From positions 25,534,213-25,598,212 of the forward strand of contig OZ234493.1 in the NCBI GenBank assembly GCA_965153455.1: 64,000 nt of DNA, written 5' to 3'. Below are positions 1 to 12,723 of the stretch, piece after piece (the stretch's first letter is position 1; the number at the start of each line of letters is the position of its first letter). The notes below the pieces were generated by a model. The model saw nothing but the letters and a program-made list of their open reading frames with translations. It searched no databases and was not told where the DNA came from. Both the position numbers and the translations under genes were made by a program. The stretch comes from Sphagnum compactum (taxonomy: Eukaryota).

Positions 1-1114
1 AATATAATATGCATAGATTTCATGGGTTCATTTCAAATTCATGCGAAATCTGTTATTTCATATGTTTGTATTGTTTAGACACAAATGTCATGCATTATTT
101 AAACATAGAAGTTGTGTGCACAACTTTTGTTTGTAAACAACACAAATAAACATACAATATTCATATGTAAATAATATGAACAAGCATATGATATTCGTGT
201 TTAAACAATGTGCATAACATTAATGTTCAACAATACAAGTAAATGAATGATATCTATGTCTATTCCATACAAACTTAAGAAAAACAAATTTCACACAATT
301 AATATTACCATATCATGGCCCATGAAATTTATGATGATGATATATATATTCATCATCCATACAAGGTTGTGCTAACAATTAAGATAATTCATTAATTCAC
401 TCCAAACTTGCACACCCAATCTTTCACGCCCTTGTAAATCAACTTGTTGCATCTTGTATTGTGGCAATTTGTGTTACATTCTTATTCATTGTCATTTGAA
501 TGTTGACCAATGTCATCTCGTGTAATAATTCATTATAGTCATTATATATCATATTTAGAATAATGATCACATAATATATTATGGAAGACGTACGTTTTTT
601 TTTTAATACAAGTTCAAGAACCTCAAAATTCTTGAATTGTTAATTAACCTTGACATTACTTTAAACAAGTTGATGAAGTGCTTTCAACGATCAACAATAG
701 CTTGTGCCACATTATGTTAAAACATGACATTTGTGACTTGGACATTTTGATACTAATGCCTAAACCTAGTCATGTACTCATTTGCGACATGTGAAATGCC
801 TAATTAATCATTTGGTTACACAACTAATTTAATTGTTATGAATATGTGCCTATAATCATTTTGATGATGGTCAAACATGTTTGCCTTAATTTTTTGTTAT
901 CATATTTTTTATGCACTTTTAACAATTAAAAAAATGAAAATAATAATAATTTACAATTAAAAATGCAATAAATAATTGAACACATGGAAATGAAATGGAA
1001 TATATAGGTAGGCTAACATATAGTCCATGGTCCCTTTGAAAATGAAACCAATTGATTTTCCCCTCCAAAATTGTGTCATGTAAGTTTAGCCTCAATTTGC
1101 CACTTTTTGGTCTC

Positions 1115-1560
1115 GGACCCTCATCTAAAGGCCATGGGTCCCTATTTATGGCTGTCAACCAATAGGATTGCTCAATTTCATTGGACCCTGGACCTTAGAC
1201 GCTCATCTAAAGGCCATGGGCCCAATTTATGGCTCTCAACCAATAGGATTGTTGGACCCTCATCTAAAGTCGGGGGGTCCAACTTATGGCTCTCAAACAA
1301 TAGGATTGCTCTATTTTATTGAATCCTGGACCTTAGACTCCATCTAAAGGCCAGGGGTCCAATTTACAGCTCTCAACCAATAGGATAATTGGACCCTCAT
1401 CTAAAGTCCAGGGGTCCGATTTATGGCTCTCAACCAATAGGATTGCTTACTTCATTGGACCCTGGACCTTAGACACTCATCTTAAGGCCCGGGGTCCCAA
1501 TTTATGGCCCTCAAAACAATAGGATCGCTCTATTTCATTGGACCCTGGACCTTGGACCCT
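1115..1560. repeat. Tandem array of 6 units alternating ~80-82 bp and 57 bp, upstream of the LEA gene
   Basis: Anchor (T/C)CATCT(A/T)AAG recurs at 1121, 1203, 1260, 1340, 1397 and 1477 (spacings 82, 57, 80, 57, 80). Shared core is ttatggctctcaaccaataggat...ggaccc. Confidence 0.92.
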
Positions 1561-1654
1561 CTTGCCCTAAGTACTTATTAGGCGTTGCATCTTCCTTGGC
1601 AGGCCGGCAGGAGAAGAAGGAGAGAGAGCGGCGATTAAATCCCGGAGTTGCGAG

Positions 1655-1860
1655 TCGAGCGAACGTGTCAGCATTACGTTGGATTGCTGCAGAGACTGAT
1701 CCCGTCGTGGCAAGACGCGAGTAGAGATCATCTGGATGACTACACGCGTCAGATGTTCGACGTGCGAGACGAAGCTCCGGAAGCTCCTGGACTCCCCTTC
1801 CCGCCGTGCCGTCCCTCCCAAACCACCGTTGAGTCGTTAGTCCTTACGCGTGTCGCGCTC
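1655..1860 (+). promoter_or_regulatory. CpG-rich promoter segment with ABRE and CE3-type elements
   Basis: ACGTGTC at 1663-1669, ACACGCGTC at 1742-1750 (CE3-like, reverse) and ACGCGTGTC at 1846-1854 (CE3 consensus), 380-570 bp upstream of the LEA ATG. Confidence 0.65.
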
Positions 1861-2231
1861 ATTGCTTGACACACTGCTCCTCCCTCGCATGCGCTACTGT
1901 ATGGTTCTCTTCCTTCCTTCCTTCCTTCCTTTTGTTTTATATCCCTCACTATCGATCAACATTTCCATATCCACAACAACGACGTCTGTGAAAAGAGTTT
2001 GCAAAAAGGTTTCCGCTAAAGATAGATTGATTGATTTTGAGTGTGATCGGTTTTCGTTCTTTTGATTTTGTTTCTTGTTTTCTGGACCTACTCATTCTCG
2101 TTGTTATTCTTTCACTGCTTCGGTTTCTTGCTTGCTCTCTTTGTTTGAAGGGAGTTCCGATTCGGTACCAGTGAGTTTGTTCACACTTAGCCAGGTTTCG
2201 GTTCTTTTTTTTTTGGTGCGAGCGAAGGAAG

Positions 2232-3940
2232 ATGGCCAGTCAGAATTCGTCTGTCAATCAATCTGCTTCCCAGGGGTAAGAGTTTTGGTTTCTGGAGGAC
2301 TTGCACGCAGCGGGAGATGGAAAGAATGCATGAATGGAACCCGATTTGCAAGTGTTGTTGTGTTTGGAGGTGTAATTGTGATATTTTGTTGGTGAGATTC
2401 GATTTGATTTTGGTGGAATGGATTCTTGTGTTTCGCGGCGCAGTGTGGAGCAGGCGCAGAAAGGTGCAGAGAATGCGAAGGAGACCGCTTCCAACCTGAT
2501 ATCGAATACTGCGCAGACTGCGGGTGATGCTTACAATGCATCCAAGTCGAAAGTCTCGGAAGGAGTTGCGGCGGCACAGGATTACGGAAATCAGGCTGCG
2601 CAGACTGCCAGTGACAAGGCCGCTGCTGCCAAGGACAGTTCTGGTCAAGTAAGTGCCTAGTTTGTGTGTCTCCCGATTCTTCGCTTCATTTGCGACGAAA
2701 TATCTGTCTCGGTGTTTTGAGGATTTCAGGATCTTTTCCGATCCTGTCTCCGAGATTGTTTTCTTTGATTGTTTGGGTTTGATTCTTTTCGCAATTGTTG
2801 CGATCGATTACGAGCAAGAGGTGTTTTCTTGTGCAGGTTGCAAGCGATGTTCAAGACGCATCGAAGCAGGGATACCAGAGTGCCGCGGACACTGCCGGCA
2901 ATAGCGCACAGCAAGGAAAAGGTTATGTGCAGCAATTGGTAGATTCGGTGTCAAAGACAGCTGCTTCTCTCAAGTCATCTGTCGTCGGTAATGCCAACGC
3001 TGCGAAGGAGACTACGTCCTCAACCGCACAGCAAGCGGGAGATCAAGGCTCTGAGAAGGTCGGTGAAGCTCAGGAAGCGTTGAAGAACCTGTCCCTGACG
3101 GCACAGGAGAAGACAAGCCAAGGCACACAGCAGACGAAGGGCTATGTGCAATCCGTGACCGATCAGCTTGCGCAGACTGCGAATGCAGTGAAAGACGCAA
3201 TTGTAACGAACACATATCAAGCGAAAGACGCAACCGTGAACACTGGAAACACCGCAGCACAGAAGACACAAGAGGTAACTGACGCTACGGCACAGCAGGT
3301 GACAGCAGCCAAGGATGTAACTGTGCAAACTGCACAATCTGCATACAACACAGCAGCAGGTACTGTCTCTGACGCATACAACACTGCAGTGAATCAGGCT
3401 ACATCTGCCAAGGACACGGCAGTGAAAACTGCTTCCGATGCATACCAAAGCGCTGCACAGAAAGCTAGCGATGTTACGGATTACACTACTCAGACAGTTC
3501 AATCGGCATACGACACTCTTGCTAAGAAGAGTGGTGAAGCACACGGCGCTGCTGCCAACACTGCTAATGCAGCTGCTGATCAAGCAACAGCTGCAAAGGA
3601 GAGCACAGTGCAATATGCAAACCAAGCCAAAGATGTAGCTGCATCGAAGGCAAGTGATATGTCTGAGAGTGTACAGAAAACAGGAGGTGTGGCAGCAGAC
3701 AAGGCAGCTGGTGCCAAAGATGCAACCATCAGTGCAACCCAGAACGGTGCTCAACAAGGGAAGAGCTTGTTGCAGTCAGTGGGAGATACATTGTGGGGTG
3801 TGAAGGATTCGCTTGTCGGCAAGGCCAACACTGCTGCCACAACTGCTCAGGAGCAAGCTACCCAAGCCAAAACTTCTGCTGCTGACGCCGTGCAACAGAC
3901 AGCTGATACAGCAGCTGCCAAGAGCAAGGAAGCAAAATGA
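2232..3940 (+). CDS. Group 3 LEA (LEA_4-like) hydrophilic protein, ~450 aa, 3 coding exons
   Basis: Exons 2232-2275, 2444-2648 and 2837-3940 have GT-AG introns and join in frame (1353 nt). The protein is Ala/Thr/Gln/Lys-rich with 11-mer periodicity (TAQSAYNTAAG, TVSDAYNTAVN, TASDAYQSAAQ) and repeated QQGKGYVQ/QQGKSLLQ motifs. Confidence 0.88.
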
Positions 3941-6539
3941 ACCGTAAGAAGACCATGGAGCAGAATGTAAAGAGGTGAAAGCATTTTCCAGAAAATGGAT
4001 TGCACATCTGTTTGCAAATCTGTGATCTGAGAGATAGCTTGAAGCTCGCACATAAAATTCTTGGGTTTGCAGATCTGGGTTTACTAGGGTTTAGGGAATG
4101 AAGCTCAAAGATAGAATCTTTCTTCATCAGATTTTTGTATACATCTTTGATTTTTTGGGGTTTTGCAGATTTATCTATCTCAGTCTCAGACATGCAAGAT
4201 TGAAAAAAATTGCTTATAAATCGCTGTGACCGTCTTGTTATGGGAAAAACTGCATAATTGTTTTTGGGTTTACCTCAAGTTTGCAGAAATGCAAAGCTTT
4301 TGTGTTTGAGATCTTTGTTAGAAATGAGCATTAGTACAAATCCCACTGTTATGACAATAGTTTTGTTCTTTACTATTATTGCTTCTTTTTTTTCTTCGTA
4401 GTAATTTGTTGCAAACTGGATTTTGTTCTTTGTCGAGATATTAGTAGAGAATGTGCCTGGAAATTTGATAAATTTGACTACTGAACTAAGTTCTTTTTAG
4501 TAGAGGAAGGTAGTAGTACCTTCGCAACATCCATACAATAATTAACAATAAATTTTGAAACTTTCATTCCAACAAATAAAATGATCTGAGGATTGAACAT
4601 TCTCTTTCACAAATTTTGAATATATGAAATGATTTGTCTTTCTTCAATTTCCAACATTGTTTCTGAAAGTAATATAAAATGATATATAATTGGTGTTTGA
4701 AACTGGCAATATTGAAAAATAGAAGAATGTTAGGAAAATGTCTACCAATTAATTAATTAACTTTTAAATATTTTATTACCAAAATTAATATGCACCTTTC
4801 ACATTAGAAAGCATTTTTCAGATTCCTTCACAAAAATTCACTCTTTCAAAAAAAATAAAAAATAGGAATATTTCATTATTTCTAACAAAAATAAAATTTG
4901 TGCTGAAGCTACCAATGTATACCATAACTGCACCTAGTTAGGCACAAATTAGAAATTTCGACAATTTGAGAATTGCCAAAAATTCTAAGGGGAAAATTAA
5001 AATTCCACAAAGGCAGAATTGCCAAAATTTCTAAGGGGAAAATTAAAAATTCTACAAAGGCAGAATATGAAATGAAGCATTAAATTTAGTATACTGTCAA
5101 ATTTTTAATTATTATTGTTTTTACTACTGAACATTATTAAATCGTAGTTCAAATTCAACTTGGTTTAAGTCCTTAGGCCAAGAAATAGTTCCAAAACACG
5201 AATTGATAGCAAATTGTTAAACATTTTGTTGGAATGTAATAAGAGAGATGTTTCCAAATGCATTCGTATAATTGGATTTTTTTTTGGGTTGAAGAGTTTA
5301 CACTTGGTAACCAACAAAAAAGGCACTAATCTTACAAAGGATTTTTGGGAAGAACTGATGTAGAAAAACAAGTTGAAAGTGCCATTTATAGTTCACAGCT
5401 TGTAAGATGTCCATGATATATAGGAGTGATAAAAAAGTTTTTACTTTCCACTTTTAACCTGTAGCCAAATTTGGCGAAGTATATATTTTGTGGATAATTG
5501 CTAGTGCACCTACCTCACAAAATTGAAAATGAAAACAAAGTACACAAGTAACATGCTAAAACTCTCATTGCAAAGAACTATATTACAAATTGAATTTTTA
5601 GGTTAGTGAAGATAACTAATGGCTAAATTCCACTTGTTGATAGGTTACCGAAAATGACAAAATTTGATAGTTAATTAGTAAAATGCATGATTTATTCATC
5701 CGATTGAAATGGATTAAATCATAACTATAATCATTCTTTGATATCCACGTTCACACATTGTTATGCCAAATTAGGTTAGTAACCTACTAACCATCCAAAG
5801 CAACTATTATCATTTACAATTGTATTTCAAAATGATAGTTTACTCTTTGTGCGCTTGTTTGTCACCATTGTTGAATTTTTCACGATGATTGAATTGTGCA
5901 TGCAAAAAAGTTCATCATCACATGCATGCACCATCATTCGTCACCATTGCATCATCCTTTTAAAAGCTTCCAAAAGCTTCATCATTTGGAAATTATATAT
6001 ATTGTTCTTGCATTTGTGATCATACATTCCCAATTCATTGACTCGGTAAACGAGTAAGACTTGCCACGACAATTCTCTACTATATCTAATATACTTTCTG
6101 TTTACACTATAATAGTTCTATGTCATGTTGTAGTTTTTTTTGGCATTCAAATTTTTTTTTGTTCTCACTATTGAAACTATGGTGTTTATTGTGACCAATG
6201 GCAAATCATTCATGTAAACATGTTGCACATGTTTTATAATGTTCATCGCATTATGCTTGAGCTTTCAACATATTCTTTTTGTTATGCTTTGGCTTTTGAT
6301 GGATTCTCCATATCCTTAAAATTCAATTTGTTGAATATTTTTTATTTCTTTGTTTTTGTTAAGTTTTTGCTATGTGTCATCTAAAATTTCAAATTATTGG
6401 TGTTGTTTTTTCAATTAGTTTTGCAAGTGCAAAATTGAACAAAAAATCGTTATGATGAGATTGAACTTCATAGAAGCCCTTTTCCAAATGATGATGTGTG
6501 ATTTGTTTTTGAATCAATGCATCATGATTTGATTCTACA

Positions 6540-7660
6540 TTTGTTTCGGTTGTCTTGTGTTTACGAACTCTTGGAGAAACGAGAGCTAGGTGACTAGGCT
6601 AAGGCTAGATTGACCACCTAATATTCCATTTCTTGGTAATGCAATACTATGGTTATTGTTGGATCAAACATTTTTGTGTGAACAGAAGATTTCTGTAACA
6701 TCTCACACAAAAGTTCAAGCCCATGATAGAGAAGAAGGATACCAAGTTTCAATTTACAGTCCTTATGAATATCTATATGGCTTGCAGCTAATACATATTG
6801 GTTCGTACATCTTAGTATTTACACTATTATGAATTTTTTGTTATTGGGAAGTCTATCATCCATTTGGTTGTTGCATGAATTTGTCTATGTAATAAATACA
6901 ATGATGAAAACTCAATTTTAATTGCCCAAGTGGAATGACCTACTTAAGTTCATGGCTAGATTCAAAAATCTTTGTGACTTGCCATCAATCCATGGCACCA
7001 TAAATGCAATGTAAATCCATTTGTAAAAACCAAAGGGTGAGATTTTTAAAGTTGCTTATTATTCCTTCAAGTCTAAAGGTTATAACATCCAAATGCAAAC
7101 ATTAATGGACCTAGCATTGTAGGAGGTATTAGGATTTTTTGTTGGCATTCATAACTTAATGAATGATGCCCAAGTCATGAGGCTATCTTTTTTGTATTCT
7201 TAGACCATTAATGGAAATAAATTTGCAATCAAATGTGGATAGGAAGGGACCAAGCCATATATCCTTGGTGAAAAAGGGTACCCCCTTTTTCCTTGGTTGA
7301 TGGTGCATCGCAAACAAATTAGTGTTTAACACATTGCTATCAAAACATTGTTTAATTAACAATTGTGTCATGGCAGAAGTGTTGTGGTTAACTCTTTTGG
7401 GATTTTGAAGAAGATGTTCAAGGAACTATTGCTCAAAATAAGCCTAGATATGTCTTTCCTACCTGTTGTTGTCATTTGTTGTTGTATGTTACATAATTTG
7501 ATCATGAATGGCAAAAATGAAAGTATAAAAACTCTTATGGTCCAATTAAAAATTAAAAATGATTAGTTAGGTATAAGGATCATCATGAACATGTACATTT
7601 ACAAGGTGGTGAAATGTTTAAAATTGCACAAAGAATTCAACTAAAACAATATTTTAGAAA
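6540..7660 (+). mobile_element. Decayed PIF/Harbinger (HARBI1-like DDE) transposase
   Basis: Frameshifted or stop-interrupted motifs occur in the expected order: KPMIEKKDTKF, IGKS, LPSIHGTINAM*IH (cf. GAIDGTHI), YYSFKSKGYNIQMQ, NDA, PYILGEKGYP (cf. LGDxGYP), FN*QLCHGRSVVVNSFGILKKMF, CCMLHN. Confidence 0.85.
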
Positions 7661-8479
7661 TCATAAACCTCAAATTTGAAAACGTTGAGTACCATTAGGT
7701 TTTATTTTCTTACTAAAATGCACATGCAAACAAGTTGTATCAAAGACATTATCAAATTGAATGAAGTTTGAGTTTAGAGGTTCGAAATTTTTGACATCTA
7801 CTTTGCATCGAAGTATTTTTCATTTTGCAATTTTGTTTTTCATTATTGTCATCATCTAAATGGACTATGTTGAATTCTAGATTTTCATCATTTGAAGAAT
7901 CTAATGGTAGTTCCACAACTGGAAGCACCTAATTAGCTTTGTCTTGTAGGGAAAATGACACATTAGTGCACTCATATTTGCTAGAACAATAACCAAATTC
8001 TTGTTTATTCAATGGAATTTTTTGTCTTTAGGCTTTATGAATTCTAGATGTTGTTTGGTTGTTTATTAATGTGCTTTGTTGTGACATTTTTCAATCTTTA
8101 GTTGTGTGACATTCATGGGTTCCATAGCATCAACGATGACCTTCCTATTTTTTTCTATAACTTCAAGTATTAGGGAGAAAATGTTTGATCATTTGCGTTT
8201 TCCACTTGTGCTTCAAGGAGCTATTAGTGTTGTCAAATGTCTTGTAAGTGTTATTGGAGTGTCAAGAAGATTTACAAAATTGAAGCAGTGATTACCTTGG
8301 TTTAATTGCGAACCATCTAGGTTAATGACATTCATTCACCTCCCTTATACTCCATTTGCATTTGCAACAACTTCATTTCCATGTTTTTCAGACACATAAT
8401 CAATTCCCAAAAGCTCCCACATTAAAGGTGTTTGAAGTGTAATAGAGTTTTCTATATCCAATCTTGCATTTGGTTATGT

Positions 8480-8790
8480 GTAAATTAAATCTCCTTTGGT
8501 GTCAATATCTCTCACATGTCCAAGTGTATTTATCATCCTTTTTCCTTGGAATGTTTGAATTACATTGTGGAATTCTTAGTTGAACTACCTTGGAAGATGG
8601 TGTGATTGCATTATTCAATTGTTAGATCCCAACATACAATGTGGTGGCTAATCCTCACATGATAATCAAAGATTTTCTTGTAGTCAGAATTCAATTTATT
8701 CCACTTATCTTTACACATTTTGCCATTGCAAGTGACTTTCAATCTTGTGATATTTTATAATTTTTCAATAAACTCCTAGTTAATTTATTG
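8480..8790 (-). mobile_element. Decayed Myb/SANT (trihelix-like) ORF1 of the same PIF/Harbinger element, convergent with the transposase
   Basis: Minus strand 8727-8655 reads NGKMCKDKWNKLNSDYKKIFDYH, followed by HHLPR*FN*EF; both are typical trihelix/Harbinger ORF1 motifs. Confidence 0.75.
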
Positions 8791-11009
8791 TCGTCAAAAA
8801 AATCTAGGTTATGTGTTCACATTACTTGTGGCCTTGTAGTTTCTCTTGGTGTTGCATTCAATGTTCTTGTGTTTGGTGCCACATTTGGTGTTGCATTAAT
8901 TATTCATGTGTCTGTCGATGCATTCCATGTTCTTATGTTTGGTGCTACTTATGACACTGTTGTAACTGATCTTGAAGTTGTTCCACATGGCAATGCAAAT
9001 GTTTTCGATTACATTTGACTAGGCAAAGTCCAACCATATCTTCCCCTTCCCTTGACTTTCCTTCTCCTTAATCTTATAATTTTTTTTTGTTGTGATTGAT
9101 TGTCCATCATTAAAAATTATGAACATTAACATGAAGCTAATACATCAAGTTTAAACACACATGAAAGATTCTTGGGAGAGCACAAAGGGATAGGCACACA
9201 AAACAAACTTGATGATGGATTAGTAATCTATGATCCCTAGGTTCTAAATTGATAACTTGCCCCTAACTTGCCAAGTGTTATTTGTGCATAAATGTACAAT
9301 TTTTGAAAAAAAAAATTAAAATGTAAAAAAAAATCAATTTACCTTATCATTCCTTTATGATAGTTTATCACATTGCCATTTCACATCTATTACTCACAAA
9401 ATAACTAGTTTGTATTTGAATAGAGGTTGTAAATTATCAAGTTATCAATTGTGTTACCTACATGTGTGAAAGCATATTCAAATCATCAAATCAACCAATT
9501 CCATTTGCCCACACAAAACAATTTCATGCCCACACAACCTTATTATGTTGAACACTGAAAATAATGGTCCCTTTCCACCATTTCCATTGGTCCTTTAAGA
9601 TTTCACAAACTTACTAAACCTTTACTTACACATTTAATTGTTAATTCATTCAAGATAACTAAACAAGAAATTCAGACTACTAAATCCAACAATCTCATTA
9701 GCCATAACATTTTTTTTTCACACCTTCATGCAAACCTATTCCACACCCTTTCTATATTAGTAGGTGAAAACAAGGTAAAATAGATGACACTGTTTTAAAA
9801 AATTACAAGTAGTTATGAAAAAGTTTTAATGTATTGAAAGTAAAAATATTATTTTGTACAATAATTAACATGCTGATAATCTTTCATTTTATATTTAAAA
9901 TACTGAAAAACATTATCCTGAAAATAGATTTGAATATAATTTTTAAAAATACATCTACTTGCACAAGATGTTTAATTATATAAATGGGTTACATGTAGAT
10001 GAAATATTGATTTTTTAAAAATTTCAAGTTAATAGGGCCTTAAAAGATATTCATGTTTTGTTAAATTATGCATGTTATAATCATAATATATCAAAAATTT
10101 AATATGAAATAGGTTTGAACACCATATTGACCTAGTCAATTTCAAACATACTTTTGATATATTTTTATGATACCAAAGTCGTTTAAATTTTGTATTCAAC
10201 TTTCCATAAACTAAAATGTAGTGACATATGTTTTCACACTTTTACTTGAAGATATTTTGAACTTATTTTATTTTGTTTATATAAAAAACTATTTCATTTT
10301 TAATTGGATTTGGGTGGATTATTGTTTTTGTTTATTTTACCTTGATGACACCTTAGTAACTAATATTATAATCCTTGTTTATAAGTACCCCTAGTTTATA
10401 ATATCCCATAGAAATTTCATGCAACCAGTGAGAAGGCTCAAAATGGCCTTCATTTTTTTCTTATACAACAAGGTGGGAAGGACAAGAGGATTTTTTTAAA
10501 AAAGTTCCCAATGAGTTCCCATTAAGTTCTCAAGAGATTCCCATCAGGTTCCCAACATATTCCCAAGTTCCCAATGTATTCCCTAAGTTCTCCCTAGTTA
10601 CACTTCATTTTTTATCCCATATTGTTTGGCCAGGGTTTAACTTCCATTTATATAACTTGCAAAAAGTGGGGGGTTGCGGGAGAGAGGCGTGTTTCTTTTG
10701 GGCAATTTTTCACACTTTGGTGACAAAAAAAATTCAGTGTGAATTTCACAAAGGGGTTTTTTTGGGAATTTTTTTAAAAATCACAAGATTTTGAGGGAAA
10801 AAATTTAGAATTTTCAAAATATTGATGATGGGCCAATCAAATGATTTCTTCTGTTATGAAATCATTTGGTACCATTCGAAATCCCTCAATGCATGGAGGT
10901 GAATTCATAATGATTTAGTAAAACAATTGCCAGAAATCTACAAAAGTGTCTGGCAAGTAGCCAAAATACAAAAGGATTTTATAAATATGCTTACTCTCAC
11001 ATCTGGTCT

Positions 11010-11076
11010 ATAGCCAAATTTGGCTAAATCTTCTTGCGAGTAATCACTAGTTTGGCTACATCACAAAATTGAAAAA
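11010..11076 (+). repeat. Dispersed short repeat family (tagccaaatttggc...ctacatcacaaaattgaaa)
   Basis: Related copies at ~5461-5530 (+), ~27252-27306 (-), ~28610-28675 (-) and ~56433-56498 (+). Confidence 0.7.
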
Positions 11077-11299
11077 ATCCAACCCTGCTTGTAACTAACT
11101 GCCTATTTACTTTAAAATCTTGCCATTTTAATTTTGTTTGGGTTTTTTCCAAAATGGGGCAGGTATTAGAAATTGCACCAAACCCCTGCTGGGTATCAGT
11201 CCGGGTATCAAAGTCAATAATCATGATTATCAACATAAAATACTTGGTTTTGAAATATAATCATGGTTATAAACAAATCAAATACTTGGTTATTACATA

Positions 11300-11586
11300 T
11301 AATCGTGGGTCTCAATTTTTTTAAAAAGCCAAATAACTGCCTAAATAACCACTGGGTCTTTCATGAAACCCAACAATACTTTGAAGTTTTTGAAAATACC
11401 CAGAAATCGACGGTTCTTTGAATCTGATTTTTTTTTTTTTTTTCCAAATACCGCAACCTGGTTGTTCTTCGATTCTGAAAATTCTCAAATGCCTGGAATC
11501 AACGGTTCTTTGATTCCAAATTTTCTTCAAATATCTGGAACCAGCGGGTATTACAAAAATCAAATACCCACCCCCCTCGCACTGGT
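11300..11586 (-). mobile_element. Non-autonomous repeat rich in GAACC/GGTTC motifs, ending ...cactggtt
   Basis: Its reverse complement (accagtg...gtatttgatttttgtaatacc...) resembles 26864-27190 (accagt...ggttctttgattttgttaataacc...gagaacctcccaacacgg). A similar end (gagaactgcctaacactgg) closes the 14.9-15.5 kb array. Confidence 0.5.
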
Positions 11587-12723
11587 TTTCTCCCTCTTGA
11601 GATAGGCAGCAATCACACTTTCATTTTTATAAAAAATAAAATCATGGATAGTTTACAAACTCTGCTCTCCACCAAAATCATCTCCCAACTTTCAAGTTTC
11701 ACAATCCGATTAATTCACTAGGATATGCTCTTCATGCATCACTCGTGTTAAGATGGGTGTCAAAATTTGTATATATATCTTATCATTTGTGAATCGTCTT
11801 CTCCATTTAAGAAGGAGTTTTTGTGTGTGTGTGTGTGTGTGTGTTAAATTCAACATATTTGGTTTAATTGCTTGCCAAAGGTGCATCATCTTAGAAGAGA
11901 ACCCAAGAGGGTGCCATTTTTTGGGGGTCTAGGGTTTACGAGTGCTAACCACAAAGAGTTATATTGTTGTTGAATGCTTGTTTACTCTGGATAGAAAGAA
12001 AAAAAATTGCAACAAAAAGAAAAAGAAAAAATATTATTATGTTGACCTAACATCCCTTGAATTTTGGATTTTGGTAATGCTTGGAATTTTGGGAAGTCTC
12101 AACAAGTTTTCCATAGGAACTTTTCCAACACCTTGTTCGTGATTTGCATGAATGAACCAAAAGTTTTGCATACTATTTTTAATGGAATGGATTACCATCT
12201 CAAATGGGATTTAAACCTATGACCGAACCTGGTTTAAGGTTTAGGGTTTACAAGGTGTTCACCAATGAGAATTTGCCATTTTGCAATTTATCTCTCAATT
12301 TTAAAATACAGTTTTGTTTATAATGGATGTAAAGCTGCAAGGAGTTTTCACATTGCCAAATGAAAAACAGACAAAGAAGCAAGAAAAGGAACTCAAAGAG
12401 AGAATTCACAACGAGCTTTGCACATAGTTTGGTGAAGGGACCAAAATTTCAATACTTGTGTGAGAGAGAGGTTTTAAGAAATTCAACAAAAGAAACAAAG
12501 GAAGAAATTTTTAATACTCAAGTCTTTTCTCTTCTATTCAATTACTTACTTTCAGTACTCACCATTTGGTCTGATTTTTCTGATTTTAAAAAAAAAAGTT
12601 CAATCTGCCATAGTAGAAGGCAAACTCCTTATTACAATCACAATTTGTAGTTGTTTTCTCTTAGTTCTTGTTTCACATATTGAAAGAACAAAACAAGGAG
12701 TAAGAAAAGAGGAATAAAAATTC

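Noticed and set aside
50..215. Degenerate fold-back (attgtttagacacaaatgtcatgc versus gcatatgatattcgtgtttaaacaat) as a miRNA precursor
   Set aside because: AT-rich and imperfect with no known miRNA match; more likely an old MITE remnant.
3012..3757. 245-aa Cys-rich antisense ORF
   Set aside because: Antisense shadow of the GCA/ACA-rich LEA coding sequence.
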